A DNA stretch of 64,000 nt from Eledone cirrhosa (taxonomy: Eukaryota), in contig OZ024741.1 in NCBI GenBank assembly GCA_964016885.1, positions 42,284,001 through 42,348,000 of the forward strand, written 5' to 3'. Position numbers and translations under genes: made by a program. Under the pieces are notes generated by a model that was not told the origin of the DNA, ran no database searches, and saw nothing but the letters and a program-made list of their open reading frames with translations. Positions 15,746 to 30,631 of this stretch are shown here, piece by piece. Position 1 is the first letter of the stretch. Each line of letters starts with the position of its first letter.

Positions 15746-16311
15746 GACACAATCGTTTCTTTTTTTTTTTTTTTTTTCGGAACAAGAACTGAGAAACAGG
15801 TGTTCACTTGAAAGGAAAGATAATGATAGTCAAATTCCAGCTGACTGATATCAGTACCATGGCTACACAGATGCTGAATTAATTAGATTATATCGTGTAC
15901 CATTCTATTACAGCAACAGCAACAACAGCAACAGCAACAACGACGACGAGCACTCGGGTTAAGATGCCTTTGTCTAATAAATTATGCAAGAAAGACTTAA
16001 TTTAGAAACAACGATTACATTTCATTAGATGTTTTCCTGTTGTAAAAAAAAAAATTGTTCACTTCGTGGAAGAAAGAGGATGGCGTGTGTGTATGTGTGT
16101 ATGTATGTGAGTGTGTAAGTGTGAGTGTGTGTGTGTGTGTGTGTGTGGATGTGTGTGTGTGTGTGTGTGTGTGTGTCTGTGTGTGTGTGAGTGTGTGTGT
16201 GTGAAAGATAGAGACATATAGATAGATAGATAGAGAGAGATAGGTAGAGAGATAAATAGATAAAGATAGATAGAGAGAGAAATAGAGAGATAGATAGATA
16301 GATACATAGAG

Positions 16312-16859
16312 ATAAATTTCTTTATTAGCCACAAGGGTACAAAAGAAGGGGACAAATTCAAATGGGGAGTTTACATACAGGTATATCAAAATAAAACTAT
16401 TAATAAAATAACAAATAACAATTGATATCCCCAATAGGGGGGAGGTGTTACACAGGGGTTGTACACATCCCGAAAAAATGTACAACCCTCATCTCCAGGG
16501 GCGCCAAGAGTGAGTACTCCCTTCCTCGCTTCCTCTTTTTTCTCAACCTACAGGCTTATATAGAGAGAAGGCCCAACCACTCGGGCCATCTTTGCCACAT
16601 TCACCCACCTTTTATAAAATTTGCTGGGGTACAGCACCTCTCTCTCCATCCTGATTCTTCTTCCAAAATGATATTTGAAAAAACGAATCAGTTGCTCGCC
16701 GGAGAGAAAGGTGTCTGACCTCAGCCCTTTTAACCTCGTCCACCATATAACCTCTTTCACCATAGCCATAACACATAGGAAAACCGCCTCTCCCTCGTTT
16801 TTGAAGGAAAGTGGCGGTTTGATCATGAAAATGGACTCGGTGGTCCCACTCGCGACAAG
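16312..16859 (-). mobile_element. Tx1-clade LINE, 5'-truncated 3' fragment, same family as 55027-60342
   Basis: ORF 16548..16826 (MIKPPLSFKNEGEAVFLCVMAMVKEVIWWTRLKGLRS...PSLYISL) closely matches the end of ORF 59013..60023. AATAAA at the 3' end; AGAT-type repeats on both sides. Confidence 0.9.
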
Positions 16860-16891
16860 ATAGATAGAGAGATAGATAGAGATAGATAGGG

Positions 16892-16929
<38 letters not shown>

Positions 16930-16930
16930 G

Positions 16931-16970
<40 letters not shown>

Positions 16971-16993
16971 TAGATAGAGAGATAGAGAGATAG

Positions 16994-17047
<54 letters not shown>

Positions 17048-17542
17048 ATAGAGGGAGAGATAGATGAGATAGATAAATAGAGAGATAGATAGAGAGAGAT
17101 AGAGAGATAGATAGAGGGAGATAGAAAGAGATAGATATATATAGAGAGAGATAGATAGCGAGAGAGAGAGATAGATAGATAGAGGGAGATAGAAAGAGAT
17201 AGATAGAGAGATAGAGAGAGAGATAGAGATAGATAAATAGATAGAGACATAGAGAGAGGAAGAGATAGACAGAGAGAGAGATATAGCAAGAAAGATGATT
17301 TCTGCCGAATGAAACAGTTCTAGTCCTGTAGAAGCCTTTCTATATTAAATATTTATACTCTGCTATGTATTGAGTACCTTACTTACTGTGGTTACCCCCG
17401 ATTGAACCCGGGTTAAACTTTTATATATATCAGATACATTGCAATCTCACTATACCTATCAAAAACTGCATATCTACAGGTTACTTGATAAAGTAGAAAA
17501 TCAAACTTTCCAATTGTTGTCTTCCTGTTTCTTCTACAACAA

Positions 17543-17985
17543 CTACAACGGTACGCGATAGGGCCCACTCACAGCCCCGGCGGACAGAATGGAGAAGGCG
17601 TTTCCCTGGAGGACGGCAAGGGAGACGCGCTGGAAAAGCCAGTCCAACTCGCGGGGCTCACACCTGCGGCTGGCCAGCTCAGCGCCTATGGTGGTGAGTA
17701 AGGAGGTAGCCCTGGGGCCGAGGACACCAGAAGTTTCCACTTCCAGGGATACGACCGCATACCTGTCGGAGAGCGACCGGTATTTGAGGAGTTTGGCCCC
17801 CTCAGCTCGACGTGCAGCAGAACCTGGGTCAGTCGCAGACTGCACCAGGTTGCGACTGCAGAGAGTGTCGGTGCAAGTGGCATCCCAGACGAGGGGTTTG
17901 CCACCGCGGAACGGGAAGATGGTCATGCCATCTGGCCTTTTGCAGTTCCCTCGATCCAGCCCCACCGGCTCGAGCAGGGAAGGGA
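17543..17985 (-). mobile_element. CRE-clade non-LTR retrotransposon 3' fragment (restriction-like endonuclease domain)
   Basis: KRPDGMTIFPF..GKPLVWDATCTDT..AA..AE..K..KY..EVETSG..LFQRVSLAVLQGNA motif series; 5' end abuts (TA)n. Confidence 0.8.
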
Positions 17986-17988
17986 AAA

Positions 17989-18024
<36 letters not shown>

Positions 18025-18026
18025 GA

Positions 18027-18369
18027 AAAAAGATGAAATCGAAAATGCAACTGGAGTCTTTTTTTTTTTAAATATTCATTTGGTTCCTTTACCGGTTTCG
18101 CAGTTCTTCTACTTTTCAAAAGTATAATTGAGATGGAGGATTTGTGGTTTTTCTCACATCAGATGAGAGAAAAACCGCAAACCCTCCATTTCAATTCTAC
18201 TTTTGAAAAGCAGAAGAACTGCGAAACCGGTAAAGGAACCAAATGAATATATATTTAAAAAAAAAGAAGACTCCAGTTGCATTTTTGATTTCATCTTTTC
18301 TCCTTATGCTTTCACTCGTGTAGGACACCTCGGTTATTTTTCATTTTGTAAAAGAAACCTCACTTTCTA
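18027..18369. mobile_element. PLE terminal-repeat family C, fold-back palindrome centred near 18160; other copies 25565-25710 and 42288-42608 (fold-back)
   Basis: AAAAGATGAAATCGAAAATGCAACTGGAGTC...ACCGGTTTCGCAG... is followed by its reverse complement. Confidence 0.8.
18200..18235 (+). ncRNA. Minimal type I hammerhead motif, U3-A8 variant; intact copy also at 25636-25671 (-)
   Basis: CTT-TTGAAAA-GCAG(AAGAA)CTGC-GAAA-C(CG)GTA-AAG: stem I CTT/AAG, stem II GCAG/CTGC, palindromic stem III ACCGGT, GUA triplet. Confidence 0.65.
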
Positions 18370-18370
18370 A

Positions 18371-19202
18371 TCTATATATATAAAACTGTGGTTGTCTGTC
18401 TGTCTATCGATTTTTGGCACACATCTCCTCTTAGAATCTCTCACGGAATTGCACCGAAATTGCTATACTTGTACATTGAGCCCTAGCGAAGACATCGGAA
18501 AAAAAAATATTTCAAATTGACCCACCCTATGTGACGAAATCGAATATAATGTATCGATTTTTGAGCGTAAGTGATCAGTTATTTCCCTTTGTTCTGTTTA
18601 CTTTGAGCGTCTTACGTAAAAAATTACGCTGGCTTTCTCAGCGTTTAAAATGACAGACCTGCAAAATTCATCAGTTCGAACACTAAGCTTCCGTTTTGCT
18701 TCATTTCCATTTAAAAGCATTTTAAAACAATATTTTTACTTGAAAACAAGTCTATTTAAAGACTACGTAAAACAAGCAAATATTTCGTCGTTAGGCGTGC
18801 AGACAGACAGTCGTGCAGACAGACAGTCGTGCAGAGAGGTGATATAGGCGTGCAGGCAGACAGTCGTGCAGAGAGGTGATATAGGCGTGCAGACAGACAT
18901 AACTGATAATTTGGTTACGCTAATGTTTTTCTCTGCGTTGCAGTGTTTACATTTTCGATCTTTGTTAATAAATAACCAGTGCAGTTTTTATCCCCAGCAT
19001 CCTCTTTTGTTATAACATTCGGGTTATCGTTGTTTTCTTAACTTCATAAGGCATATTGTTGGTTGAGGGAATATTAATCAAAAACACCACATGCAAGTCT
19101 GCACAGTAGACACTACAGTTTTTAAGCCAAAAAAGAAACTTAACATTGTAACTTTAACACAGCTACTGAGCGACCCCGAGCAACGCCGGGCTTTACTGCT
19201 AG
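18371..19202 (+). mobile_element. Non-autonomous Helitron
   Basis: 5' TCTATATATATAAAA, subterminal hairpin CCCG-AGCAACGC-CGGG, 3' CTAG, inserted between A (18370) and T (19203). Internal ~39-bp tandem repeats at 18793-18899. Confidence 0.8.
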
Positions 19203-19444
19203 TATATATATATATATATATATACGGAGAAAACGAACTAAAGGTCGAATTACATCGTTCACGCAGAATACATGTATGTTTGTATGTTTGTATGTGTGTG
19301 TAAATGTATATGTGAGTATGAGTGTATCTGTGCGTGTGTGTATGTGTTGTATATGTGTGTGTATGTCTGTATGTGTGTGTATGTGTGTAACTGTGTGTAT
19401 ATGTATGTGTGTATCTGTGTATGTCTGTATATGTGTGTATGTGT

Positions 19445-19490
<46 letters not shown>

Positions 19491-20156
19491 ATAGAGAGAG
19501 ATAGAGACATATAGTGAGAGAACGCATTAAAATGGAATTAAGTCGATCACACTGTAGAAAGAATATGTGTGTGTGTATGTGAGTGACTGTGTGTGTGCGT
19601 GTGTATGAGTGAGTGTGTGTGTGACTGAGTGTGTGTGTGTGAGTGAGAGTGAGTGTGTGTGTGTGTGCATGAGAGCGATAGAGACATATTTAAAGAGAGA
19701 ACGACTAAAGGTGCTATTTCGTTGATGTACGGGAATGTATGTATATGTGTATGTGTGTGTATGTGTGTATGTGTGTATATGAGAACAAGGGAAGGGAGAG
19801 GATGGAGAGTGGAGAGAGAGGGGGAGAGAGAGAGAATGGGAGGGAGGTAAATAAAGAGAGAGAGAGAGGGAGGGAGAGAGAGGGGGGAAGGGAGAGAGAA
19901 AATGAGGAATAACTTTTACGATAAATAGTTACGGACCGCAGCATTTCTGCCCTAGACCCAAAGCCCAATCACCCACCTCATTCACCCTCCTACCCCATCC
20001 CCTCTCTTCTACAACACCAGATCTCTTGCCACCCCTCCGCTTCCCGTTCTTTTACCTCTTTCTTTCTCTCTTTTCTTTTTTCTATATTTCCCTATTCTTT
20101 CTTTCCTTTTGTGTTTTCCCCCTTTTTTTTATTTCTTCGTTTGTATATTACAATCA

Positions 20157-20347
20157 TTCGGTAGATTGGCAGTATCGGTAGAGGGTCGGACGCCATGCTT
20201 TGACGCATAGAGTTATAGTTCTTTCCATTCTGAGTTCAAATCCCGCCATGGTTAACTTTGCCTTTCATCCTTACGGGGTCGATAAAATAAAGTACCAGTA
20301 ATGTACTGTTTAATTGTGGGCCTTGTGCCAAAAGTAGAAACAATTAA
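20157..20347 (+). mobile_element. tRNA-derived SINE, family S1 (representative copy)
   Basis: A-box-like TGGCAGTATCGG, B-box-like GAGTTCAAATCC and core TTTGCCTTTCATCC..GGGGTCGATAAAATAAAGTACCAG. Further copies at about 20621-20811(-), 21494-21676(+), 33505-33630(-), 34085-34290(+), 34890-35045(+), 44545-44642(-), 46600-46790(-), 53255-53443(-) and 54420-54550(+). Confidence 0.85.
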
Positions 20348-21193
20348 TAAATTATAACTGATTTATTAAAAAAAAAAAAAAGTATCAAGTAACTGTTTAG
20401 GTGAATTCTCTTCTACTCTCTATCTTCTGTTCTCTTACATTTGACATTTGTCAAGCTAAGAAAAAATATGGTGACATGTATTTGACTTGCAATGTTTGAT
20501 TTTCATATTTATTCTCTATAATACTCAAATTAAAAATGAACAAAATATTCAATTTTAGTAGATTCAGTCATTTTAAAACATTTATTTCATTTATTCGTAA
20601 TTTTTTCTTTTATCGAATAATAATTGTTTCTACTTTTGGTACAAGGCCAGCAATTATGAAACTATATTACTGGTACTTTATTTTATCGACCTCGTAAGGA
20701 TGAAAGGCAAAGTTAACCTCTGCGGGATTTGAACTCAGGCCGTAAAAGGTCGTAACCCTATGCTTCAAAATATAGCGTCCGACCCTCTACCGATACTGCC
20801 AATCCACCGCCCTTCAATTCGATTCGTTTGCAAGCCGACAGCCTCATTTCGCTATGTTTTTTTAGACAACCATCACCATCCTTTTGTTATAGCGGTGACA
20901 GAGAGAAACAATCTACAGTATTGTTTCTGGGTTGCAAACGAATCGAAATTGCACAGGAATGCTACCACTTAAAATAAAATTTCGCCAGAGATAGACTAGA
21001 AAAATTTAATAAACGGGGAGGGGTGTTCTGCAAAATTAATAACTGAGGCAGGGTAGAATAAGAGTGAGGTGATGATGATTGAAAAAAAAAGCGCTGGGGA
21101 GGGGCATTATTCCTAGAGTGCTTGGAACTAAATCATTTCCCCATCTTCTATACTGTACAGGAATATACTTGGTACAGGTATATCATTTTCCAG

Positions 21194-21283
21194 ACCTTGC
21201 AGAGACGAGGGGAGTCATCACGTCAGTCGCTATAGAACGCCAAACCACACCCTTTGCTTCACAATACAAACACGGACATATAA
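21194..21283 (+). other. Candidate 90-bp phase 1-1 coding exon, (D)LAETRGVITSVAIERQTTPFASQYKHGHI
   Basis: Acceptor TCATTTTCCAG|, donor A|GTGAGC, open frame, non-repetitive sequence. No recognised homology. Confidence 0.3.
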
Positions 21284-22181
21284 GTGAGCACTAAATCTAT
21301 TATTTTAACGAAACACTGGCAATAAATAATATATATTTATATTTTTTATTTATATTTACCCCTAATTTACATTCATTTTAATTTATACATTTTATACTTT
21401 ATACTTTATACTTTTCTTTCTTAATGTAGTTTGTAGGTAATGTATTTTTTATAATTCATTTTTGTTCATTTACTTAACACGTCATTCAACCCATTGGCAG
21501 TATTGGTAGAGGGTCTGACGCCATGCTTTGCAACAAAGAGTTACGGCCTTTTATGTTCTGAATTCAAATCCCACCGAGGTTAACTTTGCCTTTCATCCTT
21601 ACGGGGTCGATAAAATAAAGTACCAGTAATACACTAGAATAATTGCTGGCCTTGTGCCAAAAGGTAGAAACAATTATATTTTCAAAACGTTTTATAAATT
21701 TCATCTACTGTAACTTGATCTTCTCCACCGTCACACTTCGCTGGTTTTGGCCAGTAGATATTCACACAGATATTCACAAGACTGCTGATCTTCTTCAAAC
21801 AACCTTGCTCAGACTTGTGCCTCGGAGGGAAACTTTATAGGTGTAAATCATATGGTCATTCGTGACCAAAGTGGGTCTTCGATTCACACAGAATCTATTG
21901 CTCCACACCTCTATACCTGTGGTCAGAGTGGCTATCATTAACGGCATAGTTGTATCTATAACTACATCATATATGTCGCCACCATACAAGCCCCCACACC
22001 ATCTTGGTCGTGCCTACTAAACCCACAATGCATTGTATTGACGAGCTTGTTATTTGGAGATGGTCGACAGCAACAATAACACCAGCAATTTCGCAGGTCA
22101 TCTTCGAATCAAATATTTCCACTGTTTATACTTTCTCTGTATTTTCCATAATTCCTTTATTGATTAACTAATCATCTAATT

Positions 22182-22242
22182 CGCAGCCTGGTGATGTCAT
22201 CTGGATCGTACGTAACCAGGTCATTGAAATATTGAGTATGCG
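22182..22242 (+). ncRNA. Hammerhead motif with an A6-to-G core mutation, probably inactive
   Basis: CGCA-GC-CTGGTGA-TGTCATCTGG(ATCGTACGTAA)CCAGGTCATT-GAAA-TATTGA-GTA-TGCG. Confidence 0.5.
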
Positions 22243-22963
22243 TGCATGTGTTGGTGTGTGTGTGTGTATATGTGTGTGTTTGTGTGCGTGTGTTGTGTGT
22301 GCGTATGTTTGAAGGTGAAGCCTTGAACCGTGACAAGCTGACTGCTCACCGACACAAGGGGGTGTATAATAAGGTATATGAAATTTTACATATACGTACA
22401 TAAACACACACATTACAGCAGCTGAAAGGGGTTGTGAGGAAAAGAGGAGGTAGTAAAAATAGTAGTGGTCGGTATATTCGTTACCTGATATGGTTGTAAA
22501 AAAAGCTGCAAAGCTTCGCATAAGATGATAACGTGGTACAACTGGAAATGGCTGCATGGTGTGAGGTAATTACGTGCGTCGATAGAGCCAGGAAGTGGTG
22601 GGGATGGAATAAAGGCTAGGAAACATTCATTACCGACGACGCCACAGCCGCGACCCCGAGTGTCAAGCTAACACAGATGAGAGCGTCGGAGAAACAAGCA
22701 CAGGGATGTGTGTTGGTATGTATACGGACAGGTGCACATACGTGTATATACGTGTGCAAACACCCGAGAAGTGTAGGGTTGATGCTTAGGTGTATGTAGA
22801 AGTAGATGCGTGTAGAGTGGTATATATATATATATGGATATTGTAAATGTGGATGTGTATTGTGTGATGGCTGGAGTTGTGTGTGTGTGGTGTATGTATA
22901 GATGTGCGTGTGTTTGTGTTTGAAAGCAAGGGTAAGGGGAGGTCAAAAGAAATGCGGGGGAAG

Positions 22964-23125
22964 GGGAATTGAGAACAAACGGAAAAGTGGTTCTAAGGCG
23001 GAAAATTAAGTTCAGTTCTATCCTGGTGCGAGTGGCTGTGTATCTGTGGTATAAAAGGAGGCCTGGGACAGTGAGGCGTTGAGTAGAATGGTTGGAGAAA
23101 CGGAAGTGACGAGCGACAGGAATAT
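22964..23125 (-). mobile_element. Neptune-like PLE GIY-YIG C-terminal fragment
   Basis: Minus strand with one frameshift reads PVARHFRF/SNHSTQRLTVPGLLLY..TRTRIELNLIFRLRTTFPFVLN, matching the PVARHF..HS..L.V.GL..R..E..LIF.L.T..P.GLN pattern. Confidence 0.6.
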
Positions 23126-23458
23126 ATACATATATAAAGCGTTGTCGTTAATGATTTACACACTTCACAAAGTCAGACCATAATTGGCTACACATATCAA
23201 CACATACGTCCACACGCAAAAGGCATATACACATGTCTTCACGCACATACACACTGTAACTACAGGGTACTTGCAATAAAGAAACATGGACACTCCCAGA
23301 CGACCACACACTTCCTCACATACATACATATCCTCATATACTAACACACACAAGTCCTTTCACTCTCTCTTTCTTTCTCTCACTCTCTCTCTCTCACACA
23401 CACACATACACATTATAATTATAGGCTACTTTTATTAAAGCCACAAACATATACACGT

Positions 23459-23534
<76 letters not shown>

Positions 23535-24320
23535 ACACATACAGATTATAACTATAGGCTACTTTTAATAAAAGCCACAAACATATACACGTCCTCACAA
23601 ACACACACATGTACTCAAACACACGTGATCTCATACATATACACACTACAACTACAGGCTACTTGCATTAAAAACACAAACATATACACACACACGTCTA
23701 CACACACACACACACACTCACAAAGACAGATACGACTACATACACCAGCGCACACACATGTTTAAACACACACAAGCACAAACTCACACACACACACACA
23801 CTCTCTCTCTCTCTTTCACACACATACGCACACACATGTCACAACTCATATACACACTATGAATATAAGCTACCTTGTAAAGAGATATAACAATGCCAAA
23901 GCAAATTCGACCATTTTGAAAAAAGAAAAACCTACAACAACATCAACAAAAAGAAACAGTAGAAAAAAACAGTACTAAAAATGTAGCAACAAAAATGAGA
24001 TCATAGTTCATGCCTGCAGTGTGTTGTAAAGCAGACAAGTTTAACGATGGCGTCAAGAAGAAAATTTTGGAACAGAATCTGCTGAAGTGACATTAAAAAA
24101 GAAATAAAGTGAAGACATTGCATAACCGTGTGTCTAAAGCCCCGGAGGTTGACAGGGAAAACAGATAATCATATGAAACCAAAATTACTAATTTTGCATG
24201 AAAAACATTTTATATAATAGCCTTTTCAATTTATTTAAGACTATGAGTGTGTTAGAGTTCAAACTTTCGCACGAACACACCTAGAGACACAGACACACAT
24301 ACACGCACACACAAACTCTT

Positions 24321-25565
<1,245 letters not shown>

Positions 25566-25927
25566 AAAAAAAGTTGAAATCGAAAATACAACTGGAGTCT
25601 TATTTAAAAAAAAAATATATGTATTTATTTGGTTCCTTTACCGGTTTCGCAGTTCTTCTGCTTTTCAAAAGTAGAGTTGAGATGGAGGGTCTGTGGTTTT
25701 TCTCACATCTGGTTGGTCTCTGAATGTTACTTGTTTTATATTGAAAAAAGTGGCTCGAAATGCCAGGTTTTTAGAGAAGTAATTTCATTGGTTGGTCAAT
25801 AATTATAATAAATTTTGCGCCAGTTCGCGTTACAAAGTTCTTCTAACAAAGAGAGGGCAACAGGTTGTTTTTTCATATATGAGTGTTTGAATTTCTTTTT
25901 ACTTAAAAAAAATGGGCTCACTAAGGC

Positions 25928-25969
<42 letters not shown>

Positions 25970-26375
25970 TACAGCATTGACGAAGTTTTAGTATACAACC
26001 AAGCTACCGTATATGCATAATCGGTCTGTAGCTTGAGCACTCAGATGAGGAAAAACCCCAGAGTAATAACATTACGTTCAGACAGCTTAGCAAATCAGAT
26101 ATAGCGGTCGGCAGTCCAGCCGCATCACTAGAGCAACGAAAATACAGGACCCAGGAAAAAGATTTTATACTGACCCGGACATAGCAGTGAGGCTGAGTGC
26201 AAAATATATAACTTACATATATAGCATCCAACATCAGCGCTAAGTTTCTGCAAATCCAAGATCGACAAATTCCCATTGCAGGACTCTGCAATATAATGGT
26301 TTTTGACGACAGAACATAGGATTTACTTCTTCAGCAAGTCTTTCGTTCTTAGCCTGAGCGGTTATGTTGTAGCTT

Positions 26376-26434
<59 letters not shown>

Positions 26435-26440
<6 letters not shown>

Positions 26441-28282
26441 GATATTAATAAATGGAAACTATATCTATAAAACCATATTTGTTTCATTATACATATTTCA
26501 GGGATACCACATTAAATTATGGTATGCCTTCATCAGACAAAATACAATATATAACAGTTTTACAAATAGGTTTGACGTACCCTTTAAAATACAACCATTA
26601 CTTTTGGAGGCTGTCTGGATAGTGATTTGTTCATATAATAAGTCATAGTGTTAAGCACAATTAGAAAAAGAACCTGTCGATAATCCATTAGATTCCTTCA
26701 CCTTTTTCTTTTTAAACTTTCTTCCTAAATATAAACATGGATATAATAAACTACTCTAAAATGTCTATACTTCCAATGTATTAAATAAAATATACGTAAG
26801 GTAAATTTCTATATTAAATATAAGGTTATCTGTAGAATCATTGGGTTTTTAAATTTTTTAAATTATTTTTATTTGTTTTGATTATGATAGCTTCTCATAA
26901 CTTTCACAAGTCTACCCTCTCAATATCTTGATTGAGATATACGTAGGATAAATTTCTATACTAAATATATAAAACATTATTTTAACTTAAGATACTCTAT
27001 AGTGTTTTAATAATATTTAATGCTTTGATATTTCTAGATTTCTTTTGACTATATAGTTGCATTTTAAATTTGTATTGTTATGGTTATATTTACAAATTAT
27101 AACCCTTTGGTAATTTATTGATATTGGATTATCTCTATACAAATGCATATGTGTGTATTAACATGCATAGAAAGTGTTATAGATTTTTTGTGTTTGTATA
27201 TGTGTCTGTATATATACATGAGTGATGCATGAGGACGCACGCAAATATTTATTATACATATGTATGTGTATATATGTGTGTGTATATATCTATGTGGTTG
27301 AGAGGTATGTTGCAGATGTGCATAATATTAAACACATGAATGGTAATCGTATATATGAGGACATGATTGTTAATCGTATATATTTGTATATATATACTGT
27401 GAAACTTTTATAACACAATGAGTCTATAGCAGTGATTAAGAGAAATTATTTACGTTTTGTATGGCTATATTGTTGGCTTGAGTAAACATAATTTCTATTT
27501 TCAGGACGTGCGTATCTATATGTATGTATATATACATATATATTTGTATGTCTTTGCATAAAATACTAATCTCTATACCAAGGGTACATTTTGAACTCAG
27601 ATTTTGGTATATTGATCTCAAGTTTCTAAACTAAACATATGGTCATTATTGAACAATGTTTAATTTCTCATATTATATATCTATGTCCCATTCATGAATA
27701 TTGATACTTATATTTATATTTTTATTATTCATTTCATATAAATTGTTAACTTAACTTAATATGACATGACGTAAAGTTGTCACTGTCCCCCTCTCTCTAT
27801 ATAGTATTTCTCTCTCTTGAGTTTCTCTTTCTGTATGATGACTTGATATCTCTCTGTTGCTTTCCTTTGTTTTTCTTATTCCTTTGTTTTTCTTATTCCT
27901 TCCTTTTCTTTCTTTTTTATTTCCTCCTATCTTTATCTATCTCTTTCTTTTCTCCATACTTTTCTCTCTCCGATATTTCTCCAGGTTTTCTTTCTCTTTT
28001 CTTTCTCTCTCTCTGTCTTTGTTCTTTTCTCTTTCTTTCTCTCCGTCTTTTTCTAATTGTGCTTAACACTATGACTTATTATATGAACAAATCACTATCC
28101 AGACAGCCTCCAAAAGTAATGGTTGTATTTTAAAGGGTACGTCAAACTTATTTGTAAAACTGTTATATATTGTATTTTGTCTGATGAAGGCATACCATAA
28201 TTTAATGTGGTATCCCTGAAATATGTATAATGAAATAAATATGGTTTTATAAATATAGTTTCCATTTATTAATATCGTATAT
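26435..28282. mobile_element. 1.85-kb non-coding element with ~237-bp inverted terminal repeats (26435-26671 and 28046-28282), each carrying an HHR
   Basis: Arms are near-perfect reverse complements; the interior is AT-rich with no credible ORF; the left end joins (TA)n. Confidence 0.8.
28173..28237 (+). ncRNA. Hammerhead ribozyme motif; inverted copy 26480-26544
   Basis: TATTTTGT-CTGATGA-AGGCATACCATA(ATTTAA)TGTGGTATCCCT-GAAA-T(ATGT)ATA-ATGAAATA: 8-bp stem I with G-U pairs, long stem II, AUA triplet. Confidence 0.8.
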
Positions 28283-28374
28283 CGACTCCAAAAATTTGTC
28301 GAGTGCTTTATATCAGTTATAAAAATATTTACTTGTTGTATCCCAACAATTTTAAATAGAACTTTTGCATATAT

Positions 28375-28581
28375 ATAACGAAGGAAGTGTGGTAAGGAAC
28401 CAGGTGGACCATAACGCACCAGAGTACGCAATACTTAGGGTAGTAGAGTGGGTAATAGGAAAATGTTCAATTCCCCGACGGCAGAGCTGAAGCCGTTTCG
28501 ACGGCTATTCCTTGACTGGACCAGAAATAGCCACCCATCGAAACGGCTTGAGCTCTGCCGTCGGGGTCTTGAACATTTTCC

Positions 28582-28585
<4 letters not shown>
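28375..28585. mobile_element. PLE terminal-repeat family E fold-back; other copies 29768-29981, 30875-31022, 42050-42260, 43815-43980
   Basis: Shared GGAACCAG(A/G)TGGACCATAACGCACC..GGGTAGTAGAGTGGGTAATAGG..CCCCGACGGC plus an inverted arm carrying the HHR 3' half GAAACGGC(TTGAGCTC(A/T))GCCGTC-GGGG. Confidence 0.8.
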
Positions 28586-28680
<95 letters not shown>

Positions 28681-28949
28681 GAGAGGTATAGAGATTGTTT
28701 TAGCAAGAAGCTAACGGCATTCTATAACATATATATGCGACTATAACGTCAAGATGGGAAAAGTAGTTAACGAAAGATTTAGGAAAAATAACTCAAACTC
28801 ATCTCAAAAGAGAATCAGGATATAAATTCATCCACAGAATTTAGTAAAATCCAGGGAAAATCTATAGACCTTTAACTCATGATAAAATAAAGTTTGAAAC
28901 ACTTATCCTTCAATTTGGAATAACATCAAATGCTCTGTATAGTCTTAAA

Positions 28950-28990
<41 letters not shown>

Positions 28991-29122
28991 TATATATATA
29001 TATACATATAACAAATATCATATATTTCACTAACTCTATATCAGTATATATAGTATATAATATATACTATATATATATAATCTCATATATTATCTGTTAT
29101 ATATCCAACACTATACTCTATA

Positions 29123-29175
<53 letters not shown>

Positions 29176-29187
29176 GTCTTTTAAGAC

Positions 29188-29413
<226 letters not shown>

Positions 29414-29486
29414 ACAAATATATATATACATATAACAAATATCATATATTTTCACTAACTCTGACAGTAGGCAGGTAAGTAGTATA

Positions 29487-29531
29487 CGGTACTGATGAAG
29501 GGTAATCACCCAGAAACATTAGTGTCTGCTG
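29487..29531 (+). ncRNA. Minimal hammerhead ribozyme motif
   Basis: CGGTA-CTGATGA-A-GGGT(AATC)ACCC-A-GAAA-CATTAGT-GTC-TGCTG: stem I CGGTA/TGCTG, canonical GUC triplet. Confidence 0.8.
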
Positions 29532-29663
29532 TTCTGTTTATATGCCAACACATTTACGTGTCCCAACGACTTTTTGTAGCCGTTGCTCGCACCAACCGGA
29601 GGTATATAGTCTTTAAAGCGATGAAATACCAATGATGGTTGGAAGATCACTTATGAAGGACTA

Positions 29664-29769
<106 letters not shown>

Positions 29770-30041
29770 TAACGAAGGAAATGTGGTAAGGAACCAGATG
29801 GACCATAACGCACCAAAGTACTCAATACTTAGGGTAGTAGAGTGGGTAATAGGAACGAGTAGGACCCCGACGGCTGAGCTCAAGCCGTTTCGACGGCTAA
29901 AAAAAAAAAAGAAGCTTTTTTTTTGTTTTTTTACCCGTCGAAATGGCTTGAGCTCATCCGTCGGGGTCCTACTCGTTCCTATATATATATATGTTTTGCG
30001 AGGTTTTTCATGTGAAATCGTGTGTCGAGTCGAAACAAATA

Positions 30042-30631
30042 TTGTTATACTTGGGGAGGGTCATATTGTTGTAATAATATTGCCAGAAATAATAACAGAA
30101 CAGACTCACTGTTTGGTTGGTTTTCGAAACGGTTAAGGTCATGACTTAAGAGAAATAAAAATGAATAAATAAATAAATATATACACAAGCAGAATAACAA
30201 CAAACACATATAAACACACACTAGTAAACTAAGATAGAATACAATAACCAAAACACAGTCAGCCAAACGCGAACACACACACCAAACACAATACACACAC
30301 GCAAACGCATGCGCAGAGAAGACAAAAATAAATAAATAAACAGATAAAATAAAAATGGCGTAGACATACAATGCATCAGGAGGAACATAATAGTAACACT
30401 GATGATGTTGCAGATGTGCAACGAAAGATCTTTGTTAGACTATATATATGTGCTTGTCTCTATATTATATCTGTATTTTTGACCGTTGGTCAGTCAATGA
30501 TAAACATTGAGGACCAAATGAATTAACTGTGGAGATATAAAAGATACAGAAGCGAAAACCAAGCAAACAGTGAGTGTGTTCTGTTAATATTTCTGGCAAT
30601 ATTATTACACCAAAATGACCCTCCCTAAGTA

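Noticed and set aside
3801-15807. Long minus-strand poly-Val/Leu and VVSG ORFs (up to 1052 aa)
   Set aside because: Antisense shadows of the ACA repeat, which lacks stops on that strand.
20157-20250. SINE heads as tRNA genes
   Set aside because: A/B-box-like motifs only, no cloverleaf, and always attached to the SINE body.
25968-26378. Unique-looking 400-bp island between (TA)n tracts as an exon
   Set aside because: No recognisable motif or convincing splice-site pair; more likely an unidentified element fragment.
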